From assembly GCA_965208675.1 (NCBI GenBank), contig OZ242351.1, positions 4,736,001-4,800,000 of the forward strand: a stretch of DNA of 64,000 nucleotides, given 5' to 3'. This DNA is from Candidatus Poribacteria bacterium (GTDB lineage Bacteria; Poribacteria; WGA-4E; PCPOR2b). The notes beneath the pieces were generated by a model. It saw only the letters and a list, made by a program, of their open reading frames with translations. It was not told the DNA's origin and made no database searches. The translations under genes and the position numbers were made by a program. Of this stretch, positions 7,919 through 18,591 are shown in pieces. The first letter of the stretch is position 1. Each line of letters opens with the position of its first letter.

Positions 7919-9919
7919 ATGATTGTTTTTCTGCGGGAAAAATTTATTGCACAGATATTTATGTGGATTATTGCGATTGTTTTTGTGATTGGTTCTTTTT
8001 TACTGTATACCACGATGTCGGGCAATTCGAGTGCTGGGCCCGGTGATGATGACGTTGTCCTCAAGATTAATGGCGCGAAGGTGCGGCGCGGTGAATTTGA
8101 ACGGCTCGTTAGTAACCACCTGCAGAGACAACAACAGCAGGGACAAGCTGGTTTAACAACTGAACGCGATGAGATTGAACAGCAGGTGATTGATCAGATA
8201 ATTCAAGAGCAGATTTATCTGAACGGCGCCCAGTTTAGCGATGCTGAAATTGAGGATGGTATTCGCAGGAATTATTCGCACTTGTTGGGGGCATACAACG
8301 CGTCTAACCCGCAAGAGCGGAACTACATCCGCCAATTTGTCCGTTTGCAAATGAGTTTTGAAGCCTTGCGCAACCAGTTTGAGGGGCTTAACTTAATCAC
8401 GGATACAGAGATTGAAAATGAGTATCGTCTCCAGAATGACAAGGCGAAGTTGAAATACATCCAATTCCAACATACGTCATATACCAGCGCTGTAAACGTT
8501 GAAGACGCCGACATCGCCTCGTATTTTGAAGAACACAAAGATGATTATAAAATTGACGATCGGATTGATTTACGGGTCATCAAGCTTGATCCAAGGGATT
8601 TTGTGACAGACGAATCGGTACGGGCGTACTATGATGAACGTAAAGGTGAGTTTACAACGCCTGAAGCGGTTAAGGCGCGCCATATTCTCGCAAAATTTCC
8701 GGATAGCGCATCGGATGAACAGAAAGCTGAAGTCAAAGCCAGAGCGGAAGAACTCCTTGAAAAAGTGAAGACTGAAGTCGAAGCGGGGACGGATTTTGCC
8801 GACCTGGCGAAGGAGCATTCGGAAGACGCCGGTTCGGCTCCATTAGGAGGGGCGTTGAGGGGACGCCACCCGAAACTACCGCCGGGAGATTATTTTGCGC
8901 GCGGCGATATGGTTGCCCCATTTGAAAAGGCGTGTTTTGAGGAATTGCAGCCGGGTGAGGTGAGCGGCCTTGTTGAGTCCCGATTCGGGTATCACATTAT
9001 CAAATTGGAAGAGAGAAAACCGGAGGAGATTCAGACGTTCGATGCTGCGGAGCGCGAGATTCGTGATAAGTTAATCCAAATTGATGGTGTCGATGAAGCG
9101 AAGACTGTCGCGGAATTTCTGCTTTTCGACGTGGAATATCAAGATTTTGAAGCGGCCGCCAAAGGGGAAAGATATAGTGACTTATCAGTTTTGGTGCAAG
9201 ACACGGGATGGTTTTCTCAAGATGCTACCAACATCCCTCAAGTTGGATCGAAATGGACGTACCGCGGTTTAATTGACCAGGTGTTCAACATGGAAGTGGG
9301 CGTAAGCGATATCATTGAAGCGAAGAAGGGGAACGGGGACATAGAGGCTTATTTTGTCGCGCGGGTGCTTGAGAAAAAGGTTGGCGGCGTCCCCGCGCTT
9401 GAGGACACCTGGACAGCGAGCCCGAAGCGTACCGTTAAAGAACAGGTGGTTGAGGACATAAAAAAAGAGAGAGCACAACAGATGGCGCGCGAGGACGCGC
9501 AGAGATTGTTCGGTCTTCGAAGCGGCGGCGAATCGCTCGAAGATCTACTTAAAAAGTATGAGGCGCCGCAAGGGGTAACCAAGAAAGAACAGTCGGTAGA
9601 AGAGAGCAGATTGTTTGCCATCTCTCCAACCAGCGATTTTGTTTCAGGGCTAGGCGCGTCTCGGGAGGTTATGTTTGCCGCATTTAATATGGACATTGAT
9701 GCCGTTGGCGGGCCTTTTGCGGGCAATGACAGCGAATACCTTATTCAACTTGTTGAGCGTCAGGAACCAGATATGGAAAAATTTGAAAACGATCCCGCCG
9801 AGAAGACCAAAATCCGCCGATCATTGCTACAATCGAAGAAGAGCCAGGTATTCAATAGCTGGTACAATACGCTGAAAAAACAGGCGCAGATAACGGATAA
9901 CCGTTCTGAATCGAGTTAA
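7919..9919 (+). CDS. PpiD/SurA-like membrane-anchored peptidyl-prolyl isomerase
   Basis: N-terminal TM, SurA-N-like region, parvulin motifs KARHIL, FADLAKEHSED, MVAPFEKACF, SRFGYHII. Confidence 0.85.
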   Translation: MIVFLREKFIAQIFMWIIAIVFVIGSFLLYTTMSGNSSAGPGDDDVVLKINGAKVRRGEFERLVSNHLQRQQQQGQAGLTTERDEIEQQVIDQIIQEQIYLNGAQFSDAEIEDGIRRNYSHLLGAYNASNPQERNYIRQFVRLQMSFEALRNQFEGLNLITDTEIENEYRLQNDKAKLKYIQFQHTSYTSAVNVEDADIASYFEEHKDDYKIDDRIDLRVIKLDPRDFVTDESVRAYYDERKGEFTTPEAVKARHILAKFPDSASDEQKAEVKARAEELLEKVKTEVEAGTDFADLAKEHSEDAGSAPLGGALRGRHPKLPPGDYFARGDMVAPFEKACFEELQPGEVSGLVESRFGYHIIKLEERKPEEIQTFDAAEREIRDKLIQIDGVDEAKTVAEFLLFDVEYQDFEAAAKGERYSDLSVLVQDTGWFSQDATNIPQVGSKWTYRGLIDQVFNMEVGVSDIIEAKKGNGDIEAYFVARVLEKKVGGVPALEDTWTASPKRTVKEQVVEDIKKERAQQMAREDAQRLFGLRSGGESLEDLLKKYEAPQGVTKKEQSVEESRLFAISPTSDFVSGLGASREVMFAAFNMDIDAVGGPFAGNDSEYLIQLVERQEPDMEKFENDPAEKTKIRRSLLQSKKSQVFNSWYNTLKKQAQITDNRSESS

Positions 9920-9978
9920 TTATCTAGTCGATAAAGGTTGATGACTTTCTGTCAGTTTGGAAGACTGAAAACTTTAAA

Positions 9979-10836
9979 ATGCCTGCCGCTACCACGAGCG
10001 ATAATCTCTTCATGAGTCGCCCCTTGACAGCCCCCGGTGGTTTCACTGCGGGCATTGAGGGGCCCGCTTGCGACGACGAAGGCAACCTGTATGCCGTCAA
10101 CTATGCCCGTCAAGGTACAATCGGGAAAGTGACTCCCGAAGGTGAGTGCAGCGTATTCCTCGAATTGCCGAACGGCAGCATCGGCAACGGCATTCGTTTT
10201 AATCGCGCCGGTTTCATGTTTATCGCTGATTATGTGAACCACAATATCCTCAAAGTCGACATGGACACGCGAGAAGTCAGCGTCCATGCACATTCGCTGG
10301 CGATGAACCAACCGAATGACCTTGCCATCGGTGCGAACGACATTATCTACGCCAGCGATCCGAACTGGGCGGACTCCACAGGACGGATTTGGCGGATTGG
10401 TCCGGATGGTGCGGTTTCCTGTCTTGAATCCGGAATGGGAACTACCAATGGGATTGAGGTCAGTGCTGATGAGCGGATGTTATACGTCAATGAAAGCGAC
10501 CAACGCAACATTTGGGCATATGACCTCTCTTCAGATGGCGAAATTAGTCATAAACGCCTCTTTATCCAGTTCACGGATTATGGAATGGACGGTATGCGCT
10601 GCGATATTCGGGGCAATTTATATGTAACGCGCTGGGGGAAAGGCACGGTTGCCAAAATTTCTCCACAGGGCGAAGTGCTTCTGGAAATCGAGCTCGCGGG
10701 GAAAAATTGCACGAATCTGGCATTCGGCGGCGCCGACGGCTGTTTGTGTTACGTCACTGTCGCGGATCGGGGGAACGTCGAGTATTTCCGCACTGACCTT
10801 CCCGGGAGGAGTTGGTGCCTCAGGAGAAGGGATTAG
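9979..10836 (+). CDS. SMP-30/gluconolactonase family protein
   Basis: IEGPA, NQPND, TNGIEVS, MDGMRCD, TNLAFGG motifs. Confidence 0.9.
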   Translation: MPAATTSDNLFMSRPLTAPGGFTAGIEGPACDDEGNLYAVNYARQGTIGKVTPEGECSVFLELPNGSIGNGIRFNRAGFMFIADYVNHNILKVDMDTREVSVHAHSLAMNQPNDLAIGANDIIYASDPNWADSTGRIWRIGPDGAVSCLESGMGTTNGIEVSADERMLYVNESDQRNIWAYDLSSDGEISHKRLFIQFTDYGMDGMRCDIRGNLYVTRWGKGTVAKISPQGEVLLEIELAGKNCTNLAFGGADGCLCYVTVADRGNVEYFRTDLPGRSWCLRRRD

Positions 10837-10865
10837 ACAGCCGTCGTATTGGTTGACGCATAATA

Positions 10866-12092
10866 ATGCAAGCCATTCAATACAGGAAAAGTGTGCCGCG
10901 CTATTTGATTGCGAGATTCTTGGGGAAGCGGTGGAACTGGCTTTATACGTCATGGCTGTCGTGCGCTCGTTTGGTCAATATTGAAAGTCCGCAACTCCCC
11001 TCGCCCGATTGGGTAAAAATTAGAACGCGCTTGAGCGGTATTTGCGGCTCTGATCTCGCAACAATCACTGCCAAGGGGAGCCCATATTTTTCGCCGTTTA
11101 CCTCCTGCCCGTTCGTGTTTGGCCACGAAGTTGCGGGAGAAATTGCGGAGATTGGACCGCAGGTTGAAGGGTATGATGTTGGCGACCGCGTCGTCATCGA
11201 ACCGGTTTTGCCGTGCGAGATTAGGGGCATCGTACAAAAATGCCGTCAATGCCAACAAGGCCATTATGCCGGTTGCGAAAATGTTGCACGGGGTGAAATT
11301 TCCGCGGGCGTTCAAACCGGGTATTGCCGGGACACCGGCGGCGGGTGGAGTAAGTATTTTGCGGCACACAAGAATCAGTTACATCGTGTGCCGGATGATG
11401 TCCCTGACGAAATCGCCGTGTTGATTGAACCGTTCGCGTGTGCGTTACATGGGGTGCTGCAAGCTAACCTGAAAGACGCGGATGAAATTCTGATACTTGG
11501 CGCGGGTACGATTGGGCTGCTCACGCTCGCGGCGATTCGGCATCTCGGAAGAGGGAACCGAATCTACGTCATCGGGAAGCACCAGCATCAGCAGAAACTC
11601 GCCCGTGAACTCGGCGCCGATGTGGTTTTTGCCCCTAGTAAAGCGACATACCGTGATTTTTGCCAATTGACTCAGGCAGAAAGTTATCAGCCGGAACTTG
11701 GCAAACCGGTTATTCTTGGCGGTGTGGATGTCACCTTCGATTGTGTGGCGTCCGCCGACACAATCGACGATTCACTCCGCATGACCCGTTCGGGCGGGCA
11801 AGTGATGCTTGTCGGTATGCCCGCTATTCCGAAAAACATTGATTGGACGGCGCTCTGGCACAAGGCGCTGAATGTTCGGGGTGTGTACGCCTATGGCTTG
11901 GAAAGCTACGAAGGCAAGCGGATTCGCACCTTTTCGTTAGGAATTCAACTTTTGCAACAGATGGGAAGCGAACTGTTACCGTTAGTCGGGGGGTTATTTT
12001 CTTTGGATAATTATCGGAAAGCCGTTCAAACCGCGCTGCACACCGGAAAATTCGGTTCCGTGAAAACAGTCTTCGATCTGCGTTCATCGTAA
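10866..12092 (+). CDS. Zinc-binding (MDR) alcohol dehydrogenase-like protein
   Basis: GICGSD, GHE, structural Cys cluster, EPFACALH, GAGTIG. Confidence 0.9.
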   Translation: MQAIQYRKSVPRYLIARFLGKRWNWLYTSWLSCARLVNIESPQLPSPDWVKIRTRLSGICGSDLATITAKGSPYFSPFTSCPFVFGHEVAGEIAEIGPQVEGYDVGDRVVIEPVLPCEIRGIVQKCRQCQQGHYAGCENVARGEISAGVQTGYCRDTGGGWSKYFAAHKNQLHRVPDDVPDEIAVLIEPFACALHGVLQANLKDADEILILGAGTIGLLTLAAIRHLGRGNRIYVIGKHQHQQKLARELGADVVFAPSKATYRDFCQLTQAESYQPELGKPVILGGVDVTFDCVASADTIDDSLRMTRSGGQVMLVGMPAIPKNIDWTALWHKALNVRGVYAYGLESYEGKRIRTFSLGIQLLQQMGSELLPLVGGLFSLDNYRKAVQTALHTGKFGSVKTVFDLRSS

Positions 12093-12132
12093 AGAGCAAT
12101 TTCTAAGGAATTGGGGGCAGAAGGGTAAATTT

Positions 12133-13731
12133 ATGGGAAACGAAAATGACAGAAGTGACCTTATCACACACGTAGAGGACCCCGACCAAAAATATCTGTT
12201 CCACTATGGGGATGGTTTCCTCTATGACCGCCTTCCGAAGGGAACTCGCGTAATCTATCCGCCGAAACCTCTCACGCCGATTGCTGATGACACAACTGCA
12301 ATTAAAAACGCTATTGAGAATCCCTTGGGTGCGCCGCCGCTGTCAGCCCAGCTTCGCCCCGGCATGAAGGTCACGATTGCGTTCGACGATCTTTCGCTGC
12401 CGCTGCCGCCGATGGAGACGCCGGATGTGCGGCAACGCATCATTGAAATCGTCCTTGAGGAACTCGCTGACGCCGGCATTGACGATATTCATTTGATAGC
12501 TGCATTGGGTCTTCACAGGCGAATGACGCCCGCTGAACTCAAGCGGTGCGTTGGCGCAAGGGTTTTTAATCAGTTCCATCCAGATCGATTATATAATCAC
12601 GATGCTGAGGACAATGATAACCTGTCTTTCCTTGGAAAAACGGAGATGGGAGAAGAGGTCGAAATCAATCGACGGATTGCGGAATCCGACCTCTTGATCT
12701 ATGTAAATATTAACCTCGTTGCCATGGATGGCGGTTACAAATCGTTGCCGACCGGCATTTGCAGTTATCGAAGCATTCGCCACCACCACAACACGCACAC
12801 GTTGATGCATTCTCTGTCGTATATGCACCCTCCAAAATCTGCATTGCATCACTCCTGCCAACGGATTTGGAAGGTGATAACGGAACATATCAACTTCTTT
12901 ACGATTGAAACCACGCTTAACAGCGCTACCTTCCCGAAACTGTTTCCTTACCTCGAAAAGCGGGAGAAGAACTTCAATCTGTTCGATGGACTCAATTTCC
13001 ATATCAATAAAACTAGCTTGGATATTATGCCGCGTGCTATGGCTCGCGCCGTGATGCAGAGCATGCGCGCGCCTTACGGGTTAACCGGGGTGCACGCGGG
13101 GCACACCGAACCGGTGCACGAGAAGACGCTTGAAAATGTCTATAAACAGCAGTTGGTGCCTGTCAAAGGCCAGGCGGATATTTTGGTTACGGGCGTTCCG
13201 TATATTGGCCCTTACAACGTCGATTCAATCATGAATCCAATTCTGGTCATGTGCATGACGCTAGGGTACGCCTTTAATTTTTACCATAACCTGCCTTTGA
13301 TACGCCAAGGGGGCGCGGCGATTTTCACTCACCCTGTCGATTACGATTTTCATAAAATCCATCATCCGTCATACATTGACTTTTTCGAAGAGGTCCTTAC
13401 AGAGACTACTGAACCTGCCGAAATCGAAAAGCGGTACGAAGAGTCGTTTGCCAATAATCCTAGGTACATTGACCTCTACCGAAACTCCTACGCCTATCAC
13501 GGTGTACATCCCTTTTACATGTGGTATTGGGGCTGTTATGCACTTGACTATTTGGGGAAGGTGATATTCGTCAAACCGAGGAGCGTTGAAGCGGTACGCC
13601 GTATGGGTTTTGACTACGCGAAAAACCTCACGGAAGCGATCGAAATGGCGCAGAGTTTCGTAGGTGGTTCAACGCCGGAGATTACCTACTATCACTACCC
13701 GCCAATTTTCATGTGCGATGTATCAGCGTAG
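12133..13731 (+). CDS. LarA-like (DUF2088, lactate racemase domain) protein
   Basis: AIENPLG...L, IAFDD, ALGLHRRMT..EL, NHDAED, GGYKS motifs. Confidence 0.8.
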   Translation: MGNENDRSDLITHVEDPDQKYLFHYGDGFLYDRLPKGTRVIYPPKPLTPIADDTTAIKNAIENPLGAPPLSAQLRPGMKVTIAFDDLSLPLPPMETPDVRQRIIEIVLEELADAGIDDIHLIAALGLHRRMTPAELKRCVGARVFNQFHPDRLYNHDAEDNDNLSFLGKTEMGEEVEINRRIAESDLLIYVNINLVAMDGGYKSLPTGICSYRSIRHHHNTHTLMHSLSYMHPPKSALHHSCQRIWKVITEHINFFTIETTLNSATFPKLFPYLEKREKNFNLFDGLNFHINKTSLDIMPRAMARAVMQSMRAPYGLTGVHAGHTEPVHEKTLENVYKQQLVPVKGQADILVTGVPYIGPYNVDSIMNPILVMCMTLGYAFNFYHNLPLIRQGGAAIFTHPVDYDFHKIHHPSYIDFFEEVLTETTEPAEIEKRYEESFANNPRYIDLYRNSYAYHGVHPFYMWYWGCYALDYLGKVIFVKPRSVEAVRRMGFDYAKNLTEAIEMAQSFVGGSTPEITYYHYPPIFMCDVSA

Positions 13732-13747
13732 CGGAGAACACCCGGTT

Positions 13748-16700
13748 ATGGAGATCATAAAACCCGTCCAACAAGAAACTGCCGCTATGACTAAGGGAAA
13801 AATATTTCGCGTTAGCCTCCAGATTTTCTTGGCGTGCGCGCTCTTTTCTTTTCACGCATTGACTTGGGCTGAGAAGGCGACGAGGCCTTCGGACGTCATT
13901 GAAACCGCCATCCGCCACCAAAGCCTCGGACTTGCTTACCTGGAAGAGTCTCAACCGAGCAAAGCCATTTTGGAATTTGAGGCTTTAGTGGAGATAATTC
14001 CCCAAGAACCGATTGGTTACGGAAATCTTGCAGTTGCGTATCTTCGCCTGCAAAAAAGCGATGAAGCCGAAACGTGGGTGACACGCGGCCTCGAAATTGC
14101 GCCGATGGACAGCCAGTTGCGTTTTATCCTCGCAGAGGTTAATCAATGGCAGGGTAAGACAGAGGAGATGGTCGCGGAAATTCAGGAAGCTGTAAAGCTC
14201 GCACCGGAAAACTTGGAGATGCGGTATAAGCTGGCGCGCCACTATTTGGGTCAACGGAACGACCCACAAGCGAATTTACAGGCGATTGACCACTTATGGA
14301 TACTGCGGGAGGGCGCGCCAACCAATATCGTGGTGCTACTCCAGTTGGCGCAAGCGCTTCTGCAACGAGAACAGACTGAAGAGGCGAAACGGATTTGTAC
14401 GGAATTACATGCGCTGTTGTGGGATGTCGATGAAAAGTTCCTCAAGTTCTTAAAACAGGGATTGCTCCTGCTCGACCAAGGTGACATCAAGGGGGCATCT
14501 CGTAACGTTCGGATATTTAGCAACGTCCAGCGAAACACCCCCCGCTACCAACAGGGAATTGGCGAACTTGTTACTGACATTATTGGACACCCGATTGAGG
14601 AATTCAGCCCCGGTTTCAAATCTCGCGTTGTTGCTAAACTTAGCCCTGCGGTTGATATGCGCTACGTCGATGAAACGCAGGGACTCGGACTTAGCAATTT
14701 GTCAGGCAAAAGATCGAGGGTCATACTGTCAGATACGGACAGCGACGGCGATTTAGACCTATTTGCGCTCTACGCGAGCAGCGGCGAGGAAACAACCGGC
14801 AGTTTTTTCCTAAACCACGATGGGAAGTTTGTAGCTCATCCACCCAGCGAATACGGTGATGCCGCCGCGTTCGTCGACATTGACAAGGACGGCGACCAAG
14901 ATTTGTACGTGCTAGTGGAGAAACGGGAGCGGTTACTCGTGAATTCGGGCGACGCTTTTGAGCTTCAATCGCCGCCGAGAGGTGGTTCAGCGGTGCTATT
15001 TGTCGATTACGATCACGACGGCGACCTGGACAGGATGACAGTCAGCGATGGCGAAACCAGCATGCAGCGGAATAACGGTGACGGCTCATTCACCGATGTG
15101 ACGCTTCAGACCTTTTTGCCTCCTGAGACGCAGGGCGGTCTTGACGCCGCGTTCGGCGATTTTGATGATGACGGCGATGTTGATATATTTACCGTGAATG
15201 GTGCGAGCGGAACCACCCTATACACCAATCTGCGGCAGGGCAAGCTACGCGCGGTGACCGATGGACTGGGAATTTCACAGGATGTGTTTTTTACATCGGT
15301 TGCCGTGGGCGATTATGATAATGACGGCGATCTCGACCTCTTTTTGGCGACGGACGGTGATACCCCTCATCAGCTCTATCTCAACAGGGGGAACGCCGCG
15401 TTTGTTCACGATAACCGATCGATGGCGGGATTATCTTCGACAAATGGTGTGCGCGGATGGGATGCGCATTTCCTGGATTTTGACAACGACGGTTTTTTGG
15501 ATCTTTGGGTTGTCGGCCAACGAGAGGGCGGAGATGGAATTTTGCTATTTCGGAATGACGGCACCGCAAAATTTGACGATGTTTCAAGACTGTTGCCGGA
15601 CGGTGCCGCCGGTGGGATTGACGGAGCGGTGGGCGACTACGACAACGACGGCGATTTAGATTTGGTTTTGATTGACGGTGAGGGACAAGTTTTCGCGTTA
15701 CGAAATGATGGCGGCAACAAGAACGGATGGCTGCAAGTTCGGCTAGAGGGAGTCACTGCGGGCAATAATAAGGTCAATATCGACGGTATCGCTTCGAGGG
15801 TTGAACTCAAGGCTGGCGACCTCTACCAGATGAGGAATGTCACCGATCCGATTACGCATTTCGGGCTAGGAGCTGCCGAGCAAGGTGATGTGTTGCGTGT
15901 GGTCTGGACGAACGGCGTTCCCCAGAACCTTATACATCCGAAGGCGAATCAGCGCATTGTTGAGAAACAGATTCTGAAAGGCTCTTGTCCGTTTTTGTAC
16001 GTTTATGACGGGGAGAAATATCAATTTGTGACAGATCTTTTGTGGCGCAGCCCGCTCGGGATGGCAACGCCGATGGGGTTCCTCGCCCCCGCCCAGACTG
16101 CAGATTACGTCAAAATATCGGGCGACCTCATGAAGCCCAAATCCGGCGTCTATTCGATACAAGTCACAGAAGAACTCTGGGAGACTGTCTATGTTGATGA
16201 GGTCAAGCTAATCGTCGTGGACCACCCAGACGGGACGCAGATATTCGTCGATGAAAAATACAGCCCACCGCCGTTTCCGGACTTCAAAATCTATGCAACT
16301 CAAGAGATTCATCGGCCGCGCGCTGCGTTCGATTCCCATGGTAACGATGTCGCCGATGCACTGATGGAATTCGACTACCGTTATGCTGTCGAACATGAAC
16401 CCGGTAAGTTTCAAGGCGTGGTTGAACCGCATTCTGTTATACTCGACCTCGGTGATGTTCCAAATGACCAGCTGTTAACGTTGTTTCTCTCCGGTTGGAT
16501 ATTTCCAACAGACACGAGTATCAATGTTTCACTCTCGCAAAATCCGTCGCTCAGCCCGAGATTCCCTTATTTACAAGTGCTAAACAGTGAGGGCGAATGG
16601 CAAACGGTGATAGACGTGATTGGGATACCGGCAGGGAAGAACAAAACAATCGCCGTAGATTTGACGGGAATATTCCTTTCTGAAGATCGGCGTGTGAAGA

Positions 16701-17251
16701 TTTCAACCGATATGCAGATATACTGGGATTCGGCGTTTTTTTCAATTGGCGCACCGGTTGTGCCCATGCAAATTACGGAATTACCTCCCCATAGCGCGGA
16801 TCTTCACTATCGCGGCTTCTCCGAAATGTATCGTCCGACAGCGCATGCGCCGCACCTGTTCAATTATGAGAGCGTCGTCAAGGAGGCGCAGTGGCGGGAT
16901 CTTGCGGGAAATTATACGCGTTATGGAGATGTCACGCCGCTGCTCCAGCGGATTGACGATATGTATGTGATTATGAATGCTGGCGACGAAATGACGGTTG
17001 AATTTGACGCGGCGAAGCTGCCGCCGTTGAAAGATGGGTGGGTGCGAGATTTTATTCTTTTCAGCGATGGCTGGGACAAGGATGGCGACATCAATACGCT
17101 CTTCTCGCAGACCGCCGGCCCGCTGCCATTTCACGGCATGTCCGCCTATCCATATCCTGAAGGCGAGAATTACCCCGACAATTTAGAACATGTGCGTTAT
17201 CAACTGGAATACAACACGCGTCGGGTAGGGCACAAGTTGCCCGATTTTTAG
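13748..17251 (+). CDS. Secreted TPR + FG-GAP/VCBS + ASPIC-UnbV (CRTAC1-like) protein
   Basis: Signal-like hydrophobic segment, TPRs, many GDYDNDGDLD repeats, WLQVRL..G..N..GI, KGSCPFLY C-terminal domain. Start moved from 13664 to ATG 13748, downstream of GGAGAA. Confidence 0.85.
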   Translation: MEIIKPVQQETAAMTKGKIFRVSLQIFLACALFSFHALTWAEKATRPSDVIETAIRHQSLGLAYLEESQPSKAILEFEALVEIIPQEPIGYGNLAVAYLRLQKSDEAETWVTRGLEIAPMDSQLRFILAEVNQWQGKTEEMVAEIQEAVKLAPENLEMRYKLARHYLGQRNDPQANLQAIDHLWILREGAPTNIVVLLQLAQALLQREQTEEAKRICTELHALLWDVDEKFLKFLKQGLLLLDQGDIKGASRNVRIFSNVQRNTPRYQQGIGELVTDIIGHPIEEFSPGFKSRVVAKLSPAVDMRYVDETQGLGLSNLSGKRSRVILSDTDSDGDLDLFALYASSGEETTGSFFLNHDGKFVAHPPSEYGDAAAFVDIDKDGDQDLYVLVEKRERLLVNSGDAFELQSPPRGGSAVLFVDYDHDGDLDRMTVSDGETSMQRNNGDGSFTDVTLQTFLPPETQGGLDAAFGDFDDDGDVDIFTVNGASGTTLYTNLRQGKLRAVTDGLGISQDVFFTSVAVGDYDNDGDLDLFLATDGDTPHQLYLNRGNAAFVHDNRSMAGLSSTNGVRGWDAHFLDFDNDGFLDLWVVGQREGGDGILLFRNDGTAKFDDVSRLLPDGAAGGIDGAVGDYDNDGDLDLVLIDGEGQVFALRNDGGNKNGWLQVRLEGVTAGNNKVNIDGIASRVELKAGDLYQMRNVTDPITHFGLGAAEQGDVLRVVWTNGVPQNLIHPKANQRIVEKQILKGSCPFLYVYDGEKYQFVTDLLWRSPLGMATPMGFLAPAQTADYVKISGDLMKPKSGVYSIQVTEELWETVYVDEVKLIVVDHPDGTQIFVDEKYSPPPFPDFKIYATQEIHRPRAAFDSHGNDVADALMEFDYRYAVEHEPGKFQGVVEPHSVILDLGDVPNDQLLTLFLSGWIFPTDTSINVSLSQNPSLSPRFPYLQVLNSEGEWQTVIDVIGIPAGKNKTIAVDLTGIFLSEDRRVKISTDMQIYWDSAFFSIGAPVVPMQITELPPHSADLHYRGFSEMYRPTAHAPHLFNYESVVKEAQWRDLAGNYTRYGDVTPLLQRIDDMYVIMNAGDEMTVEFDAAKLPPLKDGWVRDFILFSDGWDKDGDINTLFSQTAGPLPFHGMSAYPYPEGENYPDNLEHVRYQLEYNTRRVGHKLPDF

Positions 17252-17404
17252 TCTGATGTGTACTGAGATTCAATTTGTACTTTTGGTCTGTTTGATACGG
17301 TGAGTGAGCGGTTTTAGATAATATGGAAAATTGCATGAGATGAATGATATAATAATCAAAATTATAAGGATTAAGAAATTAAAGCGACAAGGAGAAGGGA
17401 GCAA

Positions 17405-18457
17405 TTGATACCGAGAGTAACAGAGGATCGTTCAGCGTGGTGGGCGACAATAACGGCCGTAACGGTTATATTATTTTTGTTGGTTGGTGATGCAGGTATT
17501 GCCGCTACGAGCGATTCTACGGATGCCATAAAACCAAAAGAGCCCCCAACGCCAAGACAAAACGCTGATTCCATGGAAGATGCGGCTAACAACCCGACAG
17601 CTTCGCTAGATGATAGCATCGCTCTTCGAGATTTTGAAATCCTTCCGGGCGGACTACTGGAGTGGTCGAATAATCTGAGGATGGGCTATGGCGGGGTAGG
17701 TCCTGGTTTTCCTCCCATCTGCGATTCAGTCCGCGCACAAAGGGGCGGCAACATTTTTCTTGAACCGCAAGGCGACTATATGCGGTGCGCCATCGACCTG
17801 CTCCCGACGTCGGGCAAGCTACCAGATTTGGACGCCACCACAGAGCTAACGATTCACCGAATTCACCCCAAAACTGTTGACGCGCGTACGGATGCGGAGA
17901 TGATTAGCTACAGCGGGATGGGCACAAAGAACGGCGTGTTTGGAATTATTGTCGAAGCTCACGGACGGGGGAGGCTGCGACCGCTGGTGTTTATGACAGT
18001 GCAAGGAGGGTTGAATGAGGGAGAAGAAAACTTCGCGGCAGAAGCCATGCGTATGAATGAAGACGGCACCATTGCACTTGGGGTCAACCGAGTTGGCGGA
18101 AAACTGAAGCGCCCGCTCGACAGCCTCACTATCCATCAGCCCGATCCGGATAAAGTTGGCGCCTACGATTCCGATTACTTGAGGTGGATTGGAAAATCAC
18201 ACGACGGGGAGATGGCTCATCAGGTCAACTGGCGCATGAACGTCGATGTAAAAAACAAGAATGGTGATTCCAACCTTGTGGTCGAGAGCGGATTTGACGG
18301 CGCCAATTACAGAAAGCGGGTGGAGATTACCGACAGCGGCGATGTGGAGCTTTCATCCATTGGCAGCGGCGTAATCTTGCGTTCTCCCAATGGCAAGCGT
18401 TGGAAACTGACCGTCGAAAATAACGGCAAACTACGAACTGACCCAATGGGACGCTAA
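17405..18457 (+). CDS. Exported hypothetical protein
   Basis: 350-aa ORF, RBS-rich upstream, N-terminal hydrophobic segment, TGATATAAT upstream. Confidence 0.7.
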   Translation: MIPRVTEDRSAWWATITAVTVILFLLVGDAGIAATSDSTDAIKPKEPPTPRQNADSMEDAANNPTASLDDSIALRDFEILPGGLLEWSNNLRMGYGGVGPGFPPICDSVRAQRGGNIFLEPQGDYMRCAIDLLPTSGKLPDLDATTELTIHRIHPKTVDARTDAEMISYSGMGTKNGVFGIIVEAHGRGRLRPLVFMTVQGGLNEGEENFAAEAMRMNEDGTIALGVNRVGGKLKRPLDSLTIHQPDPDKVGAYDSDYLRWIGKSHDGEMAHQVNWRMNVDVKNKNGDSNLVVESGFDGANYRKRVEITDSGDVELSSIGSGVILRSPNGKRWKLTVENNGKLRTDPMGR

Positions 18458-18591
18458 CCGCATTGCCCAGTTCACCAGTTCTTATTTGCGGGAATCAGAA
18501 TTCCGTTTTGAAGTCAGCGAATATCTGTGACACGATGCTATAATTCATACAAAAATTTTCAAACTAGATGAAATAACAGGAGACTAAAGAA

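Noticed and set aside
12133-13731. Naming this gene larA and linking it to the Ni/Co transporter at 31948
   Set aside because: Active-site segment differs, larBCE are not in the window, and the transporter is 18 kb away.
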